A stretch of DNA of 59,024 nucleotides from Pseudomonadota bacterium (GCA_043818055.1 JBDRGF010000101.1:1-59024), one strand, 5' to 3'; shown: positions 49,501-58,696, counted from the first letter of the stretch. Translations and numbers: made by a program. The notes: generated by a model from the letters alone, not told the origin.

Positions 49501-50673
49501 ATTTGGATCGCCAATCGTCCCCTCATTCGACGGGCTAATAAGAATCGGGAGGTCGGGAGGCACATAGTCGGGAAACTTTGCGGTCTGGAATGTGACGATT
49601 GTATCGGATGTCATCTGGTTTCCAGCCAGATCGATGATATTTCTGCCTATTGTCAAAATATAAATTGTTTCATATTCCAGATTTTTGACTGGCACAACCG
49701 ATGCCGAGTTGCCAGAAGAATTATATACAAGTGTAACTTCGACAGAATTTCCCTTTACATCATCTAAGCGTATATCGTTCGGATTGATGGATGGTGGTCT
49801 TATTTGTTCGCTGAAAGTGACCGTCATAGCCGCGTTGATCGGATGACCCTTTGTCGCATTTTGTGGATTTGTTTCTACTATTATCGGCGGATATTCATCT
49901 GTCCTGTTTGACGTTCTAAAATCGAACACGTATCTGGGAATAATATCGCCGCTGACATCCGGAATATTTCCCAACAGAATCGCATAGTAGTTTTCATTTG
50001 GGGCGAACTGTTCACCGGCATTGAAGATAAGCGATTTGGAATTTGCATCATAAGAGAGGGTGCCTGCAACCTTTTCACCGTTTATCAATCCTCTCCTCAC
50101 CTCCATCAAATTATCGGCAGAAATCCCCTGTGCAATACCCTTGGAGAAAAAGATCATTATATCGCTGTTTAAGAATACACCAGTCTCGCCCTTCGATGGG
50201 ACAGTTTTTATAATGCTCGTGTTGAAGAGGTTTATTTCAAAATGTCTTACTTCACTGTGATCAGACCACACGCCGCCGGCGCCGCGTCCCTTCACACGCC
50301 AGAAATATCCCCCACTATACAAAGAAAGATGTGCAGGGAGCTTATACTCAATTCCTTCAATTTCATCCGCCTTTAGCACAGCTTTAGTGAAATCTTTGTC
50401 TGCAGCAATTTCGAGCTCGTATTTGACTGAACAGTTTGATCTTTCCCATGAAAATGTCGGATTGCCATCGCTCAGGGTAGAATTATTCTCCGGGGTGAGA
50501 GACTTCGGAACGTCTGGAATGCCACATGCCAGATCAGTCTGAATATCGCCCGATCCGTCAAAAATGCGCTCGTTCGACGAGTCAACCTCCATTGCGTTGG
50601 AACAAGACAAGGTGGCTAGCAGGATAAAAGTGAATAATAGATATACTTTGAAATTGGAATTCAGGACAAACAT
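46561..50673 (-). CDS. large surface lipoprotein: FN3/Big_5 Ig repeats, Cys-rich module and C-terminal transglutaminase-like domain
   Basis: LSC lipobox, repeated YYWRV(R/K)A...WS and P..G..V.N Ig starts, ETGIDCGGNC, GDCEDHA...HAFNV...FD; GAGGAGG RBS before 50673. Confidence 0.8.
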   Translation of the reverse strand: MFVLNSNFKVYLLFTFILLATLSCSNAMEVDSSNERIFDGSGDIQTDLACGIPDVPKSLTPENNSTLSDGNPTFSWERSNCSVKYELEIAADKDFTKAVLKADEIEGIEYKLPAHLSLYSGGYFWRVKGRGAGGVWSDHSEVRHFEINLFNTSIIKTVPSKGETGVFLNSDIMIFFSKGIAQGISADNLMEVRRGLINGEKVAGTLSYDANSKSLIFNAGEQFAPNENYYAILLGNIPDVSGDIIPRYVFDFRTSNRTDEYPPIIVETNPQNATKGHPINAAMTVTFSEQIRPPSINPNDIRLDDVKGNSVEVTLVYNSSGNSASVVPVKNLEYETIYILTIGRNIIDLAGNQMTSDTIVTFQTAKFPDYVPPDLPILISPSNEGTIGDPNPIFVWKGSSDSVRYRVQIASDGKFSNILFDLDTITSQQFEMPPHLSLNEGIYYWRLKAVDICDNWSEFTTSNKFTVKTFNTDILKTIPANGEGNVPTNQSLMILFVKELDQNASLENSIRLYQNHQGGTKIDGKIFYDGPSKSAIFTPSAALQKQQNYYVEFTGGIKDRDGSEIGPYAFIFKTSPSDDLISPEIDRINPMHGSKGFPINASMTITFNEDMLPSSVVKSNFTLTKINVGSIALDVSYDVYTRKITITPQSDLSYETIYTLDIAANLKDLAGNALKAGQTIAFETARVPDYTPPTPPALQSPLNGASTTDANPTFVWQGSSDSVKYHIQISKYSGFTNTILEVDTITDLNFTMPIHLLLYEGTYYWRVRAADACDNWSDWSDSFILYIVPTTPGPSSPSSSTICSSTTPALAWNSVKDVTSYRVEVSRDQAFSNVVWTEGNFASSNISVPSGKLSPGIYYWRIRSEIWSNGENVFNSKWSEGRALNIKQIKPKVDQYQVINSEDNGLTLTFYSGTLDIGTVVDIEKYTTSGEIAQFNSFSNPNYRIATPVYKIGSNSAFKKAVNVKISVADSEMTQNYGMHAVNSHKMFYRSSPSSSWTELGSSYVSSYGGKTIFNGSIDQPGLIVGAADIQKHCKNGRQEADVGETGIDCGGNCPTACTDCNGYDFGSGPESDLYSFNDPAVVAAANEALNEYAQYRGKGVGSFTVYEKMEAVARYVTTRMRWMRDEGDWEGAQTARTTIIDSGNRTGWFVGKEEAKDPNYSGVKYGHCIRDGGNRWGKEPKFCGDCEDHAILRASLMRHVGINSKCVMIAEYHDSWCHPTNGDNCTPWSTPASSQTSGSSEEINDFFDQDFLLFGAPENSDENVLKKGSHAFNVILYKNKFRIFDFWNYDSYFHAPTKETDFSYYHHRADNVFNDHFGYHWNGPITPPPAVIKNYKDGPVCYEKGLNYWTHFNLFDGYYDNTGFVEICP

Positions 50674-50935
50674 AACCCTCCTCTCACCTAGGAAAAACCT
50701 CCACCTCCCTGGCAAAGGCAGAAGGGTTTTAGCGGTATGCATATATTGAACTGTTGTTGTTAAGTCAAGAGCAATGAATGGGCAATAGAATAGGATGAAG
50801 CAATGCATATCTTTCAAAAGTTACGATCTGCTACACCCAAACAAACCATGTAAACAATAAGTCTCAAAAATCGATCCCATTTGCAAGTTTCCCTTGAATT
50901 GTTGTCATATTTGTACTTAAAGAGAGTGGAATCCT

Positions 50936-51571
50936 ATGAAGCCCTATTTTTTTACATCAAAGAGAAATCTCCTTCTGAAAGCAGCTATATTGCTTATTTT
51001 AAGCCTTTGCCTAACTCCAAATCCAGCATACGCCTGCGGCCACGATGGTTTCTACGTGGGGCTCGGATACGAACAGCTCATCCCATTTTCTCCCGACAGG
51101 CAATATTCAATCAGCGGCAACGGTCAGAGAATAACATTCGGCACGAGATTTGGAGGTTTGGTCCTCATCGGCTACGACTTTCCCTGCACAAGATGGGGAG
51201 TACAACTCACATTTGACGGCGGAAAGCTTCGACTGAATAAAATCGAAAACATCTACTACCTCGGTTCGAATCTCGAAGGTGTCGTTCATTTGGCGAGCTG
51301 GCGGGACGGATTGGACATATATCTTGTAGGAGGTGCAGGCACGACATATCTGACGGAGGGGGATTTAAAAAACAGCTCCGCGACATTTGGCATAAATGTC
51401 GGCTTTGGACCTGGCATCGCCTACTATTTCAAGAAGAGCGACAGAATGAGCGCCGCGCTGAAATTCGACATTCCTCTCAGATATACGCATTTCTTAGGAC
51501 AACACCTATCCGACACCGGAACCAACGTCATCTCAGTACCATTGAGGTTATCTGTGGGTGTGGGGTTCTAA
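50936..51571 (+). CDS. outer-membrane beta-barrel protein (small barrel type)
   Basis: Signal peptide, GFYVGLG, amphipathic strands, C-terminal Phe. Confidence 0.75.
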   Translation: MKPYFFTSKRNLLLKAAILLILSLCLTPNPAYACGHDGFYVGLGYEQLIPFSPDRQYSISGNGQRITFGTRFGGLVLIGYDFPCTRWGVQLTFDGGKLRLNKIENIYYLGSNLEGVVHLASWRDGLDIYLVGGAGTTYLTEGDLKNSSATFGINVGFGPGIAYYFKKSDRMSAALKFDIPLRYTHFLGQHLSDTGTNVISVPLRLSVGVGF

Positions 51572-51573
51572 AT

Positions 51574-51860
51574 CAGCTGTAAGCTATAAGCTGTAAGTGA
51601 TAAGCAAAATCCAAAAAAATGAAAGTGCATAAGATTCATGGATGGGATATTGAACCGAAAGAGGCGATAAAACTCCAGATGTCTCGACAAGACGCGCATA
51701 CTAAAGCCGACGAGGGAAGCGGATAGGTATGTGACAATAATAAAGAGAAATAAGGAAATGCTGTGAGCTATGCGTTCTGCGCTGTGCGTTTTAACGCATA
51801 AAGCAAAGCAGACAATGTTGTTTAAACATTCTACTACTTAAAACTTACAGCTTATAGCTG
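51574..51860. repeat. GCTATAA inverted arms (51574-51605 and 51836-51860) with a nested GCTATGC-type hairpin (about 51760-51810)
   Basis: Left cagctgtaagctataagctgtaagtgataagc; right arm reverse-complements to cagctataagctgtaagttttaagt. Confidence 0.75.
51619..51766 (+). pseudogene. nfi: internally deleted endonuclease V gene
   Basis: MKVHKIHGWDIEPKEAIKLQ (EndoV-like N-terminus) joined out of frame to CLDKTRILKPTREADRYV (EndoV-like C-terminus). Confidence 0.7.
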
Positions 51861-53038
51861 CTCTTATAATCAAACTTGACCGATTCGGAACGGGTGAGGC
51901 GGCATTCGAGTGAGTCGTCATCTGTGATCGATGGATCGACCTTTTTCCAGACTAGAGGGGTTTCCATACAGAGATATAGTTTGTGCTTTGGGATATGTTT
52001 GACCGCATGATTCCATAGGCTCGACAAGACTTCCTCCCTCAAAAATCTCAAATACCTGACTTTAGGACCTGATGGGATCAGCTCACCTGTAAAGATGTGG
52101 GACTTAGGAAAGCGGCGCATCGCAATATTTTTAAGATCGGGGGGATATCTCAACATCCCAAAGCTCATCCATGCGATATGTTTAGGCTCGACGGCATTCA
52201 AAATTTTGTCGATGACATCTTTATATGCATCAATCTCCTGCTTGTTCCCGTGAGCGACTATGATCGGGTCAAAGTGGAAGGCGACCATATATCCTGCCGA
52301 GACCGCTTTTTTAGCAGCGATCAGACGTTCTTCAAGGGTCGCTGTGAATCTCTCCTCATGGGAGATGATATTTTGCGGATTTACAGACCAGGCCAGCACC
52401 GTTCTGTTCCTGTGAGGAAGGTCAAGCAGATGATCTATCCGGTCGGTCTTGGTCTTGAGTTCCAATAGGGCATTTCTTCTGGTCGAGAAAAAATGAATGA
52501 GGAGTTTCGAATAATCTGTAATATCATCCAACGCGAGGCTGTCCGAGAGCTCTCCTGTTCCTATCCTGAAAAAGGAGTCGCTGTGCTGCTTTAGAAAAAT
52601 GGAAATATTCTGAAATATCTCCTCGAGATTGACATAGATAGTTGTGATCGGATTGTTGGCGAGATAGGATTGCAAAATACAATAGCTGCAATCCATCGGG
52701 CATCCTGAAATCAGATCTATCACCTTATACTTGCAGCACACATGACCCTCTCCAATCCCCTGGCAAGACTTAAAGGCCTCACCGAAGTTGCGGGAGATCA
52801 TGAGCTGTCTTTTTGCGTCCGATAATTCTCTTGGTCGTTTGATAAATTTGGAATCGTCGATGATATCGACAGGCACGTCACCTAGTCGTTCGCATATCTG
52901 AATTGTTAAGGGATGATCGGCGACCTCTTTTGATATCCAGACCTGCTCGGGCTTGAAAAAAACCCCGGATTGCCGTTTACCAGCAGTTTTGTTTTTTGAA
53001 TAAGCAAAGCTCTTTAATTGCGAAACGTTGCTAACCAT
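51845..53038 (-). CDS. spore photoproduct lyase-like radical SAM protein
   Basis: GCPMDCSYCIL, GTGELSDSL, ELKTK, AWSVNP, HFDPI, YLCME. Confidence 0.85.
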   Translation of the reverse strand: MVSNVSQLKSFAYSKNKTAGKRQSGVFFKPEQVWISKEVADHPLTIQICERLGDVPVDIIDDSKFIKRPRELSDAKRQLMISRNFGEAFKSCQGIGEGHVCCKYKVIDLISGCPMDCSYCILQSYLANNPITTIYVNLEEIFQNISIFLKQHSDSFFRIGTGELSDSLALDDITDYSKLLIHFFSTRRNALLELKTKTDRIDHLLDLPHRNRTVLAWSVNPQNIISHEERFTATLEERLIAAKKAVSAGYMVAFHFDPIIVAHGNKQEIDAYKDVIDKILNAVEPKHIAWMSFGMLRYPPDLKNIAMRRFPKSHIFTGELIPSGPKVRYLRFLREEVLSSLWNHAVKHIPKHKLYLCMETPLVWKKVDPSITDDDSLECRLTRSESVKFDYKSSYKL

Positions 53039-53066
53039 GGTTACAGCCTAAGTATAAAGACATAAT

Positions 53067-54038
53067 TTATAATTGATACCAATCAAAAATCTTCTGCCAC
53101 TGCTGTTTTTCAAAGGCCTTGGTGATTTGAGTGATCAAGGCTGTCAATTGCTTAGGCTCTTTGAAATTATATTCTAGCTTCATATTCTGACTTTCGAAAT
53201 ATGGATCGACATGCAGCTTCGCCTTGTCTGGCAATTCAAGCGCCTCAATGAGAGATGCGAGCTGCTTCTGGCGCTCGGAGAGCTGTGGCAACCGCACACC
53301 ACGAAGGGCCTGACGAAGTGCCGAGACCTTATCAGTCGAGCTGGCATTCGGATTGGCCACGACCTGGAGCAGTTGATACCTTTGCAAAATCGCTTCCACT
53401 GAAAGCGCGTCGCGAGCTGAAATCTCTCTTAAAAGGGCAAGAAGCTCGTTGAGCTTGTTTGTTGATGGTCTGATATGAGTGAGTACTGCGAGCAGAGCCT
53501 GCTGTGTGCTTGCAGTGAATTCAGCGATGCGTGCTGCTGAGGATAAGGCAAGATTCTTTTGAACAACATGATGCTTCATCGGCTCTGTCAACTGGCTTAA
53601 GCCGATCAACTCGTGAAGAATTTTATAACTCGGCTCTTCACCGATGAGAGGAAGAAACTGTTTTACCGATTCCTCTTCAGGCATCGAATAGAACTGCTTA
53701 AGTTTTGCAACCGCTGTGCTTCTTTCGATCAGATTCAACTGGCGGCTGACAGCGTTGTCGTGCAAATTGGTGAGAAATGCCTGAGTGGGCGACATGTCAG
53801 CTGGCTCGTTTACAAGCGCTGGAATCGATTGTCTACCTAAGTCCTGACAGACCAAAACGCGCTTATACCCCGCAACTATCTGATAGGTACCCTCTGGCGT
53901 GTGCCTAACAACTACAGGTTGCACTAAACCGACAGTTCGGATAGAACGCTTAAGCTCATCCAAATTAGGGGCAAACGTTATGCGGTAGCTGTCGTCAGCG
54001 ATATTAAATTGTGAAATGTTTAAGTGTTGTAGTATCAT
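53067..54038 (-). CDS. ParB/Srx N-terminal-domain protein
   Basis: LKRSIRTVGLVQPVVV, IVAGYKRV, DN..RQLNLIE. Confidence 0.82.
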   Translation of the reverse strand: MILQHLNISQFNIADDSYRITFAPNLDELKRSIRTVGLVQPVVVRHTPEGTYQIVAGYKRVLVCQDLGRQSIPALVNEPADMSPTQAFLTNLHDNAVSRQLNLIERSTAVAKLKQFYSMPEEESVKQFLPLIGEEPSYKILHELIGLSQLTEPMKHHVVQKNLALSSAARIAEFTASTQQALLAVLTHIRPSTNKLNELLALLREISARDALSVEAILQRYQLLQVVANPNASSTDKVSALRQALRGVRLPQLSERQKQLASLIEALELPDKAKLHVDPYFESQNMKLEYNFKEPKQLTALITQITKAFEKQQWQKIFDWYQL

Positions 54039-54153
54039 GGTGCGGCATATTACGGATCATCGATGATTTTGCAAACAAATTTTAAAAAATTCTTGTCCTC
54101 TTTTGCAAGTTTGGCGTACAAATGCTGAATTTCTATTACGAAAGGGAATTAAA

Positions 54154-54618
54154 GTGAATCAGGAAGAGTGTGATAAAATCTGGATGAGAGAGGCTCTTCA
54201 CTTTGCAGAAAAAGGTCAAATTCTCGGGGAAGTCCCGATTGGCGCGGTCGCGCTCCTAGATGGAAAATTGATAGCCGGAGCTCACAACCTTCGCGAAAAG
54301 ACCAATAATCCGCTAGGGCATGCTGAAATCCTACTTTTACAGAAAATAGCTGATAAATCAACTAGTTGGAGGTTTGAGGGGGTGACGGTCTATGTGACCT
54401 GCGAGCCCTGTATCATGTGTGCCGGGGCACTCATGCAGGCGAGGATCGGACGAATTGTATATGGGTGTAAGGACCCAAAGGCGGGGGCGATTGATTCGCT
54501 ATATAACATCGCAAACGATCCCAGGCTTAACCATAAAATTGATGTTACTTCAGGGGTGTTGGAAGAGGAATGTGCTACACTTTTGAAAAATTTTTTTAGA
54601 AGATTGAGAGAAAAATAA
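54154..54618 (+). CDS. tadA: tRNA adenosine(34) deaminase
   Basis: GEVPIGAV, HAE, EPCIMC, DPKAGA, LNH. Confidence 0.92.
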   Translation: MNQEECDKIWMREALHFAEKGQILGEVPIGAVALLDGKLIAGAHNLREKTNNPLGHAEILLLQKIADKSTSWRFEGVTVYVTCEPCIMCAGALMQARIGRIVYGCKDPKAGAIDSLYNIANDPRLNHKIDVTSGVLEEECATLLKNFFRRLREK

Positions 54619-54636
54619 AAAATCAGTCGCTCATCA

Positions 54637-54663
54637 TAGGGCGGTTCGCGAACCGCCCCTACA
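54637..54663 (-). repeat. GTAG-type REP palindrome
   Basis: Minus strand TGTAGGGGCGGTTCGCGAACCGCCCTA. Confidence 0.75.
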
Positions 54664-54695
54664 ATAATTAAAACCAGCACCCCAAAGGAGACCAA

Positions 54696-56186
54696 ATGAA
54701 AAACAGATACCAGGATTTTGAAAAGCTCGTAAAAGACATTCATCGAATTGAAAATTCTATGGGACTCATCGAATGGGATATGGAAATAATGATGCCACCC
54801 AAGGCTTCGATAACAAGGGCTGAACAACTTTCAACCTTGGCAGGTATACATCACAAATTGATCACATCAGATGAACTCACAGCACTTATAACAGAGCTTG
54901 AAAATGAAAAAGATTTAGATGAACACCAACGAGCAAATATCAGGTTGATGAAGAGAACAACGACGCGAGCGCGAAAGATACCGGAGAGTCTTTCCCGAAG
55001 ACTCAAAGAAGTGACGGCACTCGCCCACAACATCTGGGTTGAAGCCCGTAAAAAGGCTGATTTTTCGAGTTACGCCGAAATACTCGATAAAATAATCCGA
55101 CTAAAAAAAGAGGAGACCAACCTCGTGGGGTATGCAGAACATAGGTACGACGCCCTGCTTGACGATCACGAACAGGGGATGACGCTCTCCCAGCTAAAAA
55201 AGATATTTGATCCACTAAAGGAGAAACAGATCTCGCTTATCGATAAGATTTCCAAATCAAAAGTGAAAATTGACGATACAAAAATTCTATCTGACTATCC
55301 TGAAGAAAAGCAGAAGAAATTATGCAAAGAGGTGGCCGAATTAATGGGATTTGACTTTGAAGCGGGACGTCTAGATGTTTCCGCACATCCTTTTTGTTCA
55401 TGCATAACAAATGATGTTCGACTGACAACGAGGTATGACAATTGCAACTTCACATCCTCCCTCCTGAGCGTAATACATGAGGCGGGTCATGGCTTATATG
55501 AACAGGGAATGCCGCTTCAATACGCATTCACACCTGTCGCAACAGGGGCTTCACATGCGATTCACGAATCGCAGTCACAACTGATGGAAAACATGATGGG
55601 AAGAAGTTTGAGCTTCTGGAAATATCTCTATCCAAAGGTACAACAGTACTTTCCAAATCTGAATAAGATACCGCTTGAAGAATTTTATCGCATCATCAAT
55701 CGGGTTAAAAAAAATCTCATACGAGTGGATGCTGATGAACTGACATATAACTTACACATTATCCTTCGCATGGAAATTGAAGCCGCAATATTTGCGGACG
55801 AAATTGAAATGAAAGATTTGCCGCAAATCTGGAATGAAATGATCTTCAAATACTTAGGAATCAAACCCAAGGATGATGCCGAAGGTGTTCTACAGGATAT
55901 GCATTGGTCGTTCGGCGGCTTTGGTTATTTTCCATCTTACACATTGGGAAACATCTACGCCGCTCAATTTTTTGCAAAGGCAAAAGATGACATTCCAAAT
56001 CTGGATGATGAGTTTTCCAAAGGAAATATTTCTCCACTCGGCCAGTGGTTAAAGAAAAACATCCATCAAAAAGGCTCTCTTTATCAACCGGCAGATCTTG
56101 TAAAAAAAGTGACCGGAAAAGAAATATCAAGTGACGACTACCTCAACTACCTTGAGAAAAAATATTCTAAAATATATAATCTGTAA
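54696..56186 (+). CDS. carboxypeptidase M32 (Taq-like)
   Basis: HPF, DVRLT, HEAGH, HESQS, IRVDADE, QDMHW, YFPSY. Confidence 0.95.
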   Translation: MKNRYQDFEKLVKDIHRIENSMGLIEWDMEIMMPPKASITRAEQLSTLAGIHHKLITSDELTALITELENEKDLDEHQRANIRLMKRTTTRARKIPESLSRRLKEVTALAHNIWVEARKKADFSSYAEILDKIIRLKKEETNLVGYAEHRYDALLDDHEQGMTLSQLKKIFDPLKEKQISLIDKISKSKVKIDDTKILSDYPEEKQKKLCKEVAELMGFDFEAGRLDVSAHPFCSCITNDVRLTTRYDNCNFTSSLLSVIHEAGHGLYEQGMPLQYAFTPVATGASHAIHESQSQLMENMMGRSLSFWKYLYPKVQQYFPNLNKIPLEEFYRIINRVKKNLIRVDADELTYNLHIILRMEIEAAIFADEIEMKDLPQIWNEMIFKYLGIKPKDDAEGVLQDMHWSFGGFGYFPSYTLGNIYAAQFFAKAKDDIPNLDDEFSKGNISPLGQWLKKNIHQKGSLYQPADLVKKVTGKEISSDDYLNYLEKKYSKIYNL

Positions 56187-56397
56187 AAAATTTTATTCCC
56201 TCATTAAAATTTTTTTTTGGACACGATTTGAAATTTCTGTTATATGACCTTTGTATGAAGCGACCCTTCAAGTTGACTGTCTGAAGGAAATCCTTGTTTG
56301 ACAAGCATTAGAATTGAATCCACAAAAAATAAAACGGCTTTTAATTCCGTTCATCTTTGTTTTGTTTGATCTATTGGAATTGCCGTGGGGGTATTGA

Positions 56398-58569
56398 ATG
56401 AGAAGAACATTTTTATCTTTGCCGCTCGCTTTTGGTTATTTGTTATTATGTCAGGCATGCGGAGGCGGATCCGGCACCCCGGACGAATCACCCATTTCAC
56501 TCAACATCTGCGAGGGGGGCTGGATAGAATCATCAAGCCCCGAAAATGGCGCCATAAACGTACCTGTCAACGCTACAATTACAGTTGTCGCAAAAGAGGG
56601 TACAGTCATGACCGATCTAGTCGTCGAAGACTTTGTTTTGACGACCTCGGTTGGAGAAATTGAATTTACACTTACGATCGACGCTGAAACGAGAACCGCA
56701 TCTCTCACACCAAACAAAAACTTGCCGGCAGGCGCTCCAGTGCTCATCTATCTAGATTATGGAAGCTGCAACAAATCAGGAAACAGCCAATATTCGCTAA
56801 CTTTCTCTACGGCTGGTGATGCAGGTTCAGATACTTCAGACAACACGACACCAGATACAACACCTCCTTCCGGCATAACCCCATCTTTAAGGGCATGGAC
56901 AAGGGCAACCCTGGAATGGCTTTCCCCAGGAGATGATGGTGTAGTCGGAACAGCCTCAAGGTATGAAATAAGATATTCCCAGATGCCAATCGAAAATGTA
57001 GGTGACTTTGAAAATGCGACATCCGTGGCAGGCGCGCCAAAGCCACAAATTTCAGGATCAGCCGAGGAATACACCCTCCCCCGTATGAATGTCGGGAAAT
57101 ACTATTTTGCAATTAGGGCTTATGATGAAGCTGATAATGGCTCCACGGTTACCAGCACACAGATTGAAATCGCAGGTAGAAGCACAAAGGGCCTCGAAGC
57201 TACAGCCGAGAGGGGACAGTATGATTATATGGGAAGGACAACAGCCGGAAACTGCGATGTAAATGGAGATGGCCTCAAGGATGTGATCGCAGGAGTTGCT
57301 TATGACGATACAGCAGGAGCTAACAACGGACGTGTTGTCGTATATCTCGGAAAAGCAGGATCGGAAATGGGAACCTTAGACAACGGTGCATATTCCCCAG
57401 ATTTTATCATCAATGGAGCAACAACCGGAGACAGATTTGGCTGGAGCATCGCTTGTGGAGATTTCAACGGTGATGGCTTCGACGACATCGCAGCAGGCGC
57501 TCCATACTATGGCGCGTCGGATGAAGGTGCGGTATTTTTATTCTACGGATCTAACACCATAGCAGGAACAATTCCGGCTGCAAATTATGATGCGCTATTC
57601 AAAGGAAATAAATCCGCAGCCTACTTTGGATGGTCGGTATCGCTCCCGGGTGATCTAGACAAGGATGGAAAATTTGAACTCATCTCAGTTGCATCAGACG
57701 ATGGAGTTTCTAAAGAGGGTGTAGCTTATCTCTTCTACGGAGACGCCCTTACAACGGAAACCGTTAAAAATGACTCAGATGCTACAACAAAAATCAACGG
57801 TGAGAACACGAGCAGCAAAATTACAAAGGTTGCATCGGCTGGCGATATAGATGGAGATGGAAATCTGGATCTTGCTTTCGGAACAACCTATCCCGTCGTC
57901 AACCTGGGAACCGTATATATTCTTCTTGGAAAAAACGGATACCCCGCAATCATATCCCTTACATCAGATGCCGATCTCATCTTCAGAGGAGTTGCTAACA
58001 ACGATTTCATGGGTGGCAAGGATGAATATGATCCGGCCTTCAGCATCACAGGGGATCTAAACTCAGATGGCAAAAATGATCTGATAATCGGCGTCCCGGG
58101 TTTTTCAGGCAATACAGGTAAGGTCTATGTGTTCTATGGCAGAAGTGATTGGACTGCCGTAACTTCAACAAATGACGCCGACGTGACTATAACCGGCAGG
58201 TTTGGTTCAGATGGATTCGGTTGGTCATTGGAGGCGGGCGGAGATTTTAACAAGGATGGAAAAGATGACCTGATCGTGGGCTCCCCCTATTTCGATGACG
58301 GTGTCGGAGGAGATAGAGGTGGCGCCTTCATATTCTTCGGTCATGGAAACTGGGAAACCACCATGGATTCATTAGATGCGGATGTCATAATCTCAACCAG
58401 CGCAGGCATTTTTCACAACATCGGTCTTACATCCGCCTCGGGAAGCGACTACTGGGGAGAGAGCGTGCACTTTTTGGGAGACACCGATGGCGATGGATAT
58501 GACGACGTGGCCCTTGGCGGATCATATGCTGAAGCAAATGACTCCGGTGGAATATATATAATTCAGTAA
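56398..58569 (+). CDS. surface lipoprotein with Big_5, FN3 and FG-GAP (integrin-like propeller) repeats
   Basis: CQAC lipobox, SPGDDG...YEIRYS, repeated GD(F/L/I)NGDG..D...GAP. Confidence 0.85.
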   Translation: MRRTFLSLPLAFGYLLLCQACGGGSGTPDESPISLNICEGGWIESSSPENGAINVPVNATITVVAKEGTVMTDLVVEDFVLTTSVGEIEFTLTIDAETRTASLTPNKNLPAGAPVLIYLDYGSCNKSGNSQYSLTFSTAGDAGSDTSDNTTPDTTPPSGITPSLRAWTRATLEWLSPGDDGVVGTASRYEIRYSQMPIENVGDFENATSVAGAPKPQISGSAEEYTLPRMNVGKYYFAIRAYDEADNGSTVTSTQIEIAGRSTKGLEATAERGQYDYMGRTTAGNCDVNGDGLKDVIAGVAYDDTAGANNGRVVVYLGKAGSEMGTLDNGAYSPDFIINGATTGDRFGWSIACGDFNGDGFDDIAAGAPYYGASDEGAVFLFYGSNTIAGTIPAANYDALFKGNKSAAYFGWSVSLPGDLDKDGKFELISVASDDGVSKEGVAYLFYGDALTTETVKNDSDATTKINGENTSSKITKVASAGDIDGDGNLDLAFGTTYPVVNLGTVYILLGKNGYPAIISLTSDADLIFRGVANNDFMGGKDEYDPAFSITGDLNSDGKNDLIIGVPGFSGNTGKVYVFYGRSDWTAVTSTNDADVTITGRFGSDGFGWSLEAGGDFNKDGKDDLIVGSPYFDDGVGGDRGGAFIFFGHGNWETTMDSLDADVIISTSAGIFHNIGLTSASGSDYWGESVHFLGDTDGDGYDDVALGGSYAEANDSGGIYIIQ

Positions 58570-58696
58570 TTAGTGTTTAGTGTTTAAGGTTTTTGGATAT
58601 TGGGTATTTGTTACTTGGAAATTACCGCCTTTAGGCGGTCTTTGGCCTCCCTTTGTAAAGAGCACCTCGAAAGAGCACTCTTTGCAAATTTAAACT

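Noticed and set aside
50690..50790. Possible riboswitch or sigma-54 promoter ahead of the large lipoprotein gene
   Set aside because: A hairpin is present but there is no recognisable aptamer consensus, and the -24 GG is missing
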